A stretch of 63,933 nucleotides of DNA, the filler included, from Rhizaria sp. SCN 62-66 (lineage: Eukaryota): assembly GCA_001724265.1 (NCBI GenBank). It is 3 parts of 3 records of this genome, joined end to end, with 100 filler letters (N's around TTAATTAATTAA, not from the genome) between each part and the next. Parts side by side here need not be neighbours in the genome. Positions count along the whole stretch, not along the records: positions 27,682 to 55,243 come from MEDY01000399.1; positions 55,344 to 63,933 come from MEDY01000582.1; 1 more part is not named here. One strand, written 5' to 3'. Position 1 is the stretch's first letter. Every line of letters begins with the position of its first letter. Under the pieces are notes generated by a model. That model worked only from the letters and a program-made list of their open reading frames with translations. It searched no databases and was not told where the DNA came from. Below are positions 53,501 through 62,600 of this stretch, in pieces. Made by a program: the position numbers and the translations under genes.

Positions 53501-54395
53501 CGCGCTCCAGCGCCTGCTGCCCGCGGCGCGGCCGGTGACCGTGGACGCGGCGCGCGTGGCGCGGTTGCTGCGGTTCGGCGTCGTGGTCACGCACGGCGAC
53601 GCGGCGATCTACAACGCTGCGTACTGCAGCAATAACAAGAATGACAACAACATCAGCAACAGCAACAGCAACAGCTCAGGCGCGAGCAAGAGTAAGAGTA
53701 GCAGTAATAAGAAAAAGACAATCACGACTTCTGCTCACGGCCACGGTCACGGCCACGGCCACGCTGCCCCTTCTCTCAACAACAATTACGGCAACAGCCC
53801 CGACACCGCGCTGCCCGCTCTGGCGGCAACCGAGGACACGCTGCGTTACACGGGACACTGGTTCGGGCTGCCCACGGCTGCAAACGCGGCCGACGCGGTG
53901 GAAACCACCGACTGTGAGCAATTATGGGGCGGCCTGACGATGGCGCCGCCGGGCACGACGCCCCACGCCGCCGCCGCCGCCGCTACGGCACCGGCCGCGA
54001 CTAGCCATGCCATAAAGACTGAGACTAAGCTGCAGAGTGACGTGAATGAGGCGGTTGCAGTGGCGATGGTGGCTGAGTTTGTGCGCGTTCACGGCGGCCG
54101 CGCTGAAGGACCTCACTGGCCTCCGCAAAGCAGCAATTATAAAACCCTACATAGCAACAGCAGCAGCAGTAACAGCAGCCCCAAGACCAGTAACGACACG
54201 AATAGCAGGGTTGGTGTTGCAGTGAGTTGTGCCGAGCTCGTGCGCGCCGTGCAGGGCCTGGTGTTTGCGACGAGCAGCGACGCCACCGCGTTGTGCAAGC
54301 CGGACCCGGCGACGCTGCCGGGGGCCGAGGACGCCGTCAAGAGCGCCATGGACCGCGGCATCACGCATGCGCACGTCGGCATCGCTGAAATGTGA
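50526..54395 (+). CDS. SAC3/GANP/THP3-family protein (LENG8/Thp3-like)
   Basis: Motifs [68 protein letters not shown] and [10 protein letters not shown]. Apparently intronless; the stop is TGA. Confidence 0.88.
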   Translation: [1289 protein letters not shown]

Positions 54396-54852
54396 GATGT
54401 TGACCGGGCATACGTTTCTGGAAGGATATATAGCGAAATGATATAGATATAGGTACGTATGATATATTGCTGAATTATATTTTTAACGAAATAAACAACT
54501 TTTATCCTGTCAAAACCTCGCAAAGCAAGCAAGTAAATCTCAAGTCGCGTGGGGCCGAAAAACAAAAATCATTTTCGGTCCCGCAGTCGGTCTGGCCTGT
54601 TCTTGGGCCGAGACTTTGGAGGCGACAAGTGACATGCGGAGTCCGCCCAGATAGAGATGGTGTTTTAGAATCTGTTGCAAATGGGCTGTTTTTGTTGTGT
54701 TCATAAATTCAGGCGTGTGCATGACCCGTCTCGGCCACGCATTTCCCTTCTTCAACCCTCGCAGCGGCTGCCGCTCCTACTCTTGCCATCGACTCACATT
54801 GCCCCGTCTTGTTGCTCTATTTTACCTCATCCCCCGTTGCTCCCAGGACACT

Positions 54853-55243
54853 ATGGTGAAGCAGATTCTTGCCGCCGAGGAGGTCGAGGTCATCAAGGGC
54901 GGTACGTTTTCCATCCCATCCCTTTCGCAGCACAATATCCCTTCGTAAACTCCCAGTCCCGCCTCGCCTCACCAACCAGAGAGCCTGCCCGTTGCCGTCT
55001 GGCGACTGCGCCCCGCGCCGCGCGCCTTTGCTTCCTCTCAACACCGCCACATTTGCTCACTCTGCTTTGATTTTTCTCTCGTTGCTTTTGTGTTGTTTTT
55101 TTTGCGCGCGCACAGTTAAGGTCCAGGTTGTCGGCCGCACTGTTACCGTGACTGGCCCCCGTGGCAAGCTCACCAAGAACTTCAACCACCTCAACATCAC
55201 GCTCGCGCTCCTCAACAAGGGCCGCACCGTCCGTGCTGAGGTC
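54853..55243 (+). CDS. RPL9: 60S ribosomal protein L9 (uL6), 3'-truncated by the contig end; exons 54853-54901 and 55116-55243
   Basis: Spliced product MVKQILAAEEVEVIKGV|KVQVVGRTVTVTGPRGKLTKNFNHLNI. Phase-1 GTACGT...CAG intron. Confidence 0.93.
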
Positions 55244-55343
55244 NNNNNNNNNNNNNNNNNNNNNNNNNNNNNNNNNNNNNNNNNNNNTTAATTAATTAAN
55301 NNNNNNNNNNNNNNNNNNNNNNNNNNNNNNNNNNNNNNNNNNN
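55244..55343. other. Artificial contig-joining spacer (N44-TTAATTAATTAA-N44)
   Basis: Identical 100-nt layout to the first spacer; it truncates RPL9. Confidence 0.97.
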
Positions 55344-55605
55344 TCAAGGCGACCAAGGTGCTGCAGCCACTGGACATCACGATCTTCAGGCTATATCGTG
55401 ACGCACTCCGGAAATTCTACCAGATGTACACGCGTGAGCTGGTGGCGGAATTAAGAAAGCAGCCGCAGCCGCAGCCGGTGGATCTACTGCGGACAGTATC
55501 ATGCTGCGAGTGCGTGCGACCCAGTACGGTCTGTCACTGACCCGAGCGCATTCCGTCATCGACGGGTTCATGATGATGGTTGGCTTGACCCGAGACCAGT
55601 TGTAA
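55344..55605 (+). mobile_element. Remnant C-terminal part of a pogo/Tigger-type (DDE_1) transposase, frameshifted
   Basis: ATKVLQPLDITIFRLYRDALRK matches the TxxLQPLDxxxF third-catalytic-residue motif of DDE_1 transposases. A shifted frame continues SVIDGFMMMVGL, resembling the downstream I..F...G motif. It lies at a contig edge. Confidence 0.6.
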
Positions 55606-56625
55606 ATGCGTGTTTTTAAGCGCAGTATTATGTGACTATGTTGTTTTATTCTCAAACTAATTCCGGGTATAAGGACAAAAGCGAGAAGAAAGCGGCCACA
55701 GAAAGGCCAAATGAGGTTTTTCGATGCAATCGATACTAATGTGGGTTAGATCATAACTAAACACTATTACTTAGCACAAAACTAGTTTAAACGATTAAAT
55801 GCGTAGTTTTATTGAAAATAACGTTGATTCATAGTGTCTTGGACAACACACAAAACCGGCCTTGGAGGGTCAGCCAGACTATTTTATCGGTCCAGTGGCT
55901 GCCGTTTTGTCCCCTGCTCACGGTCACCCAGCGACGTCGCCTTCTTGACTCATCCCAAAATAAAGCATCACATATGCTTTGAACAGGCGTATTTGTAGCG
56001 TATTATTCTCATGTGCAACAAAGCTGTGGAGGTACTATGACGATTATTACAAGCTGTGTACATAGACGAGTAAAAGTCGCGGCAAAGCGACGTCACCTCT
56101 AGCTCAGCCGCTCTCCTTTGGGAAAGAAGGGGCCTGAATTCGAAGTAAGGGGGTAAGGTTGGGAGCAGCTTGGGCGACCTTTTTCACTTCACAACTCTAA
56201 CGTTGAAACCTGATTAAAACTCGTTTGCAATAGTTAAACAAGACTACTATAATTATGTTCCACCCAGTTTCCCACATTTTATCTCCCTTTCTGCGACCAT
56301 GAGCTGCTAATTCACGTCTCCAGACTGGCTGGCCCTACTATCCGACCAGAGACATCACCCGACGAGTCTCGGGAGGACATAAACGCGTGAACCTTCGACA
56401 CCTTGCCAACATTGATACTGTAACGTTTCATTCACTTCGCGCACTCACCTTTTGCTCCCTTATTTTATCTTAATCCTGCATTAGAAGCGCTCTGTTTGGC
56501 ACTTTCCTCCGAATTGGATACCTGCTCGAGTGAAGGAACAGACGACTACTTTCCCGTGATCAATTGGCTTCACCAACATTACGATAATTATATCTACAGT
56601 CTGCTGACAGACCCAAAGCTGGGCA

Positions 56626-59600
56626 ATGTTTTTGTGGTCAGTAGCTCTCTTGGCATTTTTTGCTATCTGTAGCAGCACAGCTGTTTCAACTGTGCAAGGC
56701 ACACCCACTCCGGTCAGCCTTTCCTTCTCAGCAACGCTTGCATCGACACTATGCAGCCCAGCATATGGTTACACATCAGTCTCCGTGTCTGTTTTTGTTC
56801 CTGGCCTTGATGTTGCTTCCGACACCACAGTAATGCTGGACTGGTCTTGTCCGCTTTAGAGTCAACTCAATCTTGACCTAACGGAGGCTGCACTTACCTC
56901 TGCTTCCGCCGCTTGTATTGTCGTTGACTCGACGTTGCCTGACACGCTCCGTTGCATGCGTGTATCTCGTGCCGCGTTCATGATCAAGGACATCCGCGTT
57001 TTGTTTAGAGCGTTCCGCGCTTTCAGGGAGACTACCGGCATTTTGGCGGCGTGTCTCGGTGTCAAAGTCAATGGCGTCGTGGCTACAGCCGATGCCACGG
57101 TCGCAGACGCCCTTTTACTTGCTCCTCCCATATCAAATGTCGCGTTCGCTCTCGAGCGCAACAAGGATGCGAGTACCGAAGCAGTCGGTGGCAATCGCAA
57201 CGCCGCCGCATACAGCTCTGTAACGCTTACTGTGCGGGTAACGCTGCCAGCACGAACTGAGGGGATCACTATTGCCACCGTGTTCAGCGCCGATGCCGGA
57301 TTAGCGTTCGACACCAACGAGACACAACTCTTTATGATAAAAAATGACGACAAAAACGGCAATAGCGAGCTTACAGCATGCAAAGTTATGCGTTTCGCCA
57401 GCTTGCAAGGTGCAGGAGTAAACTGTACTGTTTTATTTGCAGGACAGGTTGTTTTTAGAATGACCCCAATTCCAATTAGACACAATTATGAGAGTAGCAT
57501 TCAGAGTCTCACGAAGTCAATTGGTCTGTTCCTCAATGGCAATGCGCTCGATGCATCCGTTTTGAGCGATCCTATGTTCTTTGAGGCAGGCTCAGATCTA
57601 AGACACGAACATCAAAATGCTCGCGCGCAGCAAGAGTCGGCGGTGCCACATGCGCTTTCATCGCATCATCTGTTCCAAACGCAAGATCACCCTTACCGTT
57701 TTGAAACAAGACCTTCGATGATTGTTCAACCGGAAGAACCCGAACCTATTCCTTCGCTCGATTGTCCCCCGAATTGTTTCACGTTTGTTTATTCTGTGTC
57801 ACACGAATTCTCAGACATTGTGGCCTTGAGTATCGATAATCGCAAGCGCATGGGTACACTTGTCTTCTCTGCGACTGCGACTGCGACCCGATCAATAACA
57901 CGGCATAAGCTGACGGCGAACAAAGCGTGCTCCCCATTTGTCGATTTCAGTCAAACTACTGTATTTCTGGTAGAACTTGGGCACCCATGCGGTCGTTACT
58001 CAGTCTCTCAATCTGAAATCGTCATAGATGTCGGCGCCACAACAGAGGGACAACCGTCATCATGTGGACTTTCGTCAGTTTTAATCACGGCACCCACAAA
58101 TAATATCGGATATGTGCTATTTAAGGACTGTATTACTTATACTGAGATGGCTGGAACAGTAGAGACTGGAAATACGGCAAGTCCATGGAATTCTCCGATT
58201 GACGCGACGCCCGGCCGAGCTTCGTTTCAATTCGAATTTGACCGGGCCAACGGCCATGACTACACACGTAGTGTTGCTCCAGTACAAAGCTTCTCTCGCC
58301 GCTTTGACCGATATCTCATTAGTACAGTGCAGCTTCGCGGTATGATTCTGAGTAGCACCCAACCAGTATCAACGAACGCTGTGAAGATTGCAATTGGAGG
58401 CAGCTGCAGTGGATATTACACCATGACTACGGATTCGTGTGCAACGCAAGTGTCTTCATTACAATTTGCAATCCCTTCTGGAAGCTCGATATTTTCTCTG
58501 ACACCCATTACGCTTTGTGTGCGGCCTACACAGGTTATATCGTCGCTTCCGACTTCTTGCTTTACAGTGACGTACAATACTTCATTCACCATGTCAGCCA
58601 TAAACTCGAGTGATGCCATAACCGGCAGCTCGTTTGGTGCCGTTATGAACCATCACATTGTCAACGCGACTGCCATTAATGTCCAAAACAGTCCGGAGCT
58701 GACAACTTTTTCTGTCACACACGAGTTTTCGTTCCTTTTTTCCATTCCACCGACAACGGACACGATTACCCTTGGAAATCCGAAAACTTGTTTATGTCCC
58801 GTTGCCAATAGTGTTGTCACGACGACTACCGCAACAGCTTTCTCACAGGCACCAAGTTGTTCACTCACGTCATCCATGTCGACATCAATAGATGTGAAGT
58901 GCGGCATGTTACCGGCTAACATCTGGCAGGTTTTTACAATTCAGTGCCCATCAGGGTTCACGCAGTCGTTGATGGATGAATGTTTTGTCGATATGGGTGA
59001 GGGTATAATTCCGGCAACTGTATTGATTAATCCCCCATTTTCTCTTCTGCTGTTCCATTATGATATGATCTTTGTGGAACCCCCCAGTAAAGTTATCACT
59101 GTTGGGATATTGTCCGGTCGCACTGTCGACAATATCGACTCGAGCTCCAGTCATATTGAGGAAACACCAACACAAGTCATGCTCGGACTCTGGTTTTTTT
59201 TCATAGCTTTGCCACAGTCCTCATTTACGCTGACTATTGCCTCTGGGCCACCGTCAGATTTTGCTTTTAATAGCAACACAACAGTCGTGCGTTCTGCCAG
59301 CTTCATGACGTGTGCGGTTGTGTCTAAAACGCAGTACACGTGTCCGCGCTTTACTTCACGTTTTGCAAGTGTTGCGCGCGCGTTGATATTCCAAAATCTT
59401 AGCGAGCCTTCGGGTCCTTGTTCATCACCCTCAACCAGCATGTTCAGTGCGTCTGTTTCCTTCGGTGCGACTTCAATGGCCTATTTCATCAATCATCCTA
59501 CAGAAGTGAACTTTGCATTTTACATCGAGAACAAATCCGGCGTCCAACTAGATGGAGCCGACTACATTGACTCCTTCGATCTATATTTTCTCCCACTTTC

Positions 59601-62600
59601 CATCTCAGCATACGGCAAGTTGTACTTCTCTCTCACGGCGCACGATCAAGAATTTAATCTCAATTCCCTTCAAGTTACTGTCTCGAGTCCACAGACTGGA
59701 GCAGTCCTTGATATGAGCCCACTTACGAAATATAATATGACGATGACATCAAAATTTTCACTCTTTGGCTCGTATGCAAGGTTTAGGGTAGAAAAAGGCC
59801 TCCAAATGAAGACGATACTTGCTGAACATCATCTCGATGGATTTTCAAGTGATCAATACCAGATGAGTCACTATGCCTCTGGCGAGTCTATCACGTTCAA
59901 TGCTACAGCTAACACTAAGCTTGGGCCATATCCAGTCATTTATACTGCACCACAGTTTACTTTTACCACAACGTATGTCTATGTTTCAAATCTAATGTCT
60001 CGAATTCGTGTTGCCAACGTCACGGTTGATCTGGTCCTAGGAACGAGCGGTGGCCCGAACGCACATTTTGTAATCACAACTTCGGGCTGCAGCATTAATT
60101 TTGCTGGTGCCTCGGTTGCTGGAGGATCTTTAATATTTGTTAGTCAGGCGTCCGATTCGTTTGTCGTAAACGTGCCCGCGTCGTGTACGGCAGGCTCCGT
60201 CTGCTCTGGTATGATTCGGTCTGTAATCGTCACCGCACCTGTGGGGTCGCTGAACTGGAACCAAACACTCGCTGGACAATGCCTCACGGGGCAGCTTCTA
60301 ATTGCAGGTGTTAAGAAGGGTCCAAGTGCGAATGCGATAGGCACAGTTAACCTTTATCAAACGATTCACGATCTGCCGATGTACACTTATGTTAGCGACA
60401 TCGTGCCTGTACCTGCAATCACAATGGCTATGTCAATTGGTGGCACTTACGCCACGCGCTACCAAGGATCGTTCGTATCGACTCCAATCAAGATCATCGG
60501 AGCAAACCTTGCCGGCCGCTCAAATCGAACGTACACCATAACAAACGTGTGTCAAAGTGTGAATCTGCAGAACTCCGAGGGTATGGGAGTCAATATGCTT
60601 AATTTTAACATGGACTTCAGTGTGTATGATGTCACCACAGTGTATTCTTTTATTGTCCTGATTAATCCAGCGTTTTCTTTTGACTCATTATCATTTTCGT
60701 GTTTTTCATTGAAAGATACGGATTCAGGAGCGTATCTCAGTCCCGTCTCAGCGGCTGCAGTCATCAATTTTGTGTACCCAGTTGCCTTCTCAGTCGGCCT
60801 GGTTGAAACCAGTCTCATGTCGCTTTCGGCTGTCAGTGCCACTCAGAGCAAGTTTGCAATGACGTACGAAATCAATTTTTTTCCCCACACGCAACTTGCG
60901 ACAGGTCGTCCCATTCGAATTGCTGATTTGCCCAAGTGTTTTTGTCCTGACTTCAATGGTGCTACCCTTAAGACGTCAACTGCAGCCGCAATTGGACAAT
61001 TAAAGATGGTTGACACAAGCTGTGTTATCCTGCCCACCGGCTCTGCAAACGCTACCATCACTTGTAGCGGCATCATTTTCGAGCGCGTATGGAGCTCGAT
61101 AAACATCTACTGTCCAACGGAATTTTCTGCCGAGGAGCTCCACAACTGCATACCTAACAAGGTGCTCCAGTCCGTTACACTTTCGTATGACGGTGCGGCG
61201 TCAGTTGCTCCTGTTCCCACGTTTTTCAATGCAGGCAATGAGGTCATTCTTGCTCCGCGCTATATTAGCCGCAGATTCCCTAGTGGATTTGACCCGGCGC
61301 TGGGTACCGATTCTCAGGTTGTTCAAACGGTGCAAATCGTGATGTACATCATTACAGCTCCAACCGTTCCATTCTATTTGAATGTTGAGTCAAGCACAGT
61401 TACATTTGACAAGCCCACCCCGTCCTCGGATCGAATGAATGACCAATGTTATTCGTACAGTGCAACTGCAGTGGCTTGCACAACGTTGACTGGATATGAC
61501 GCCGTAAACACGTTTAATGTCAACAGCATTTCTGGCACCCTTGCCAATAGTCATAATTTGTTTGGCTCCGGTGCTATGAAGACATCAATTTCACCAGCAA
61601 CAGTTCGTTTTGCTGCTACAACGGCACAATGGTATGCATCAGGTGCAGAGTATAGTGGCGAATATTTCGGCTACACAATCACCGGCAGCAACGATATTCC
61701 GCTATACCAGACAATCCGTTTCACCCCCAGTGTTTACATCGCAGCACTTCACCCCGAATATGCTGTGTCAACCACATATATTGTCGACTTTTCGACAAAA
61801 TGCAGTGCGGCCATGGCTGCCGACACAACAAAGTCTCTTTCCAGGATTGTCCCTTCTTCAAATGTTGGAGTCGTGATTGTGATGAATGTTGGCAGCTTTA
61901 GTATCAAGACGGACTGCACCTTAGGCACCTTCTCACAGTTCGCAGGATTACATGCCGCGTTTCTTGTGCGCTCACGCTACATCAATTACGTATCCACCGG
62001 ACTTGTATCGTCGTGTTTCGATGTTTCCGCTGGGGGAATCACGGTATATTATTCACCCAAGAGTCAAATCGGGCCGTATAATGCCACCGCAGCCCCTCCT
62101 CTATTTTACGGCATTCCTGCTGCGTTTAGTGTTGTGGGCTTTTCGACGACCAGCACCACGTACGCATTCAACTTGTTCATTGCTCCCCGCTATTCTCTGG
62201 AATTAAAAGTTGACATCTCCATTGAGTTTGACTACATGGAGTGTCCGATGCAGTTTCCAACATCGGTCCAATTTAACGCGTCTGTCCCTATTACAAACGT
62301 AATAACTAGTCGAGGTCCATATCCATTTAACAGCTGCAACCCAACAATGGCATTGGACCTCCAAAGCGCAATTGGGATAGCATGTATCGGCACTTTTGAC
62401 CCCGTGACTCACGGGGCTATCGTAGTTACGGTTCCCCAGCTTGTCATTAATTTTGAAGGAAGTCTTTACTCGGGCCGACTCGACGGCAATTGCTTCAAGG
62501 TGACCGTAGCGCGTCAGTATGCGGGTTTTACTGACCCCGATACCCACAGTATGGCGGGCAGCATGGTGCTGCCGTCGCTGCTAAGTGTCCATCAGTCGAC

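Noticed and set aside
230-54565. Hundreds of overlapping or antisense Arg/Pro/Ala-rich ORFs in the six-frame track
   Set aside because: Shadow ORFs expected from extreme GC content and trinucleotide repeats; they have no recognisable motifs.
56830-56859. 30-nt in-frame intron GTAATG...TTTAG removing the TAG in the giant secreted protein
   Set aside because: It is much shorter than the other introns, has a non-consensus donor and would delete the Cys-Pro that recurs in similar modules. It remains the most plausible alternative if this contig comes from another organism.
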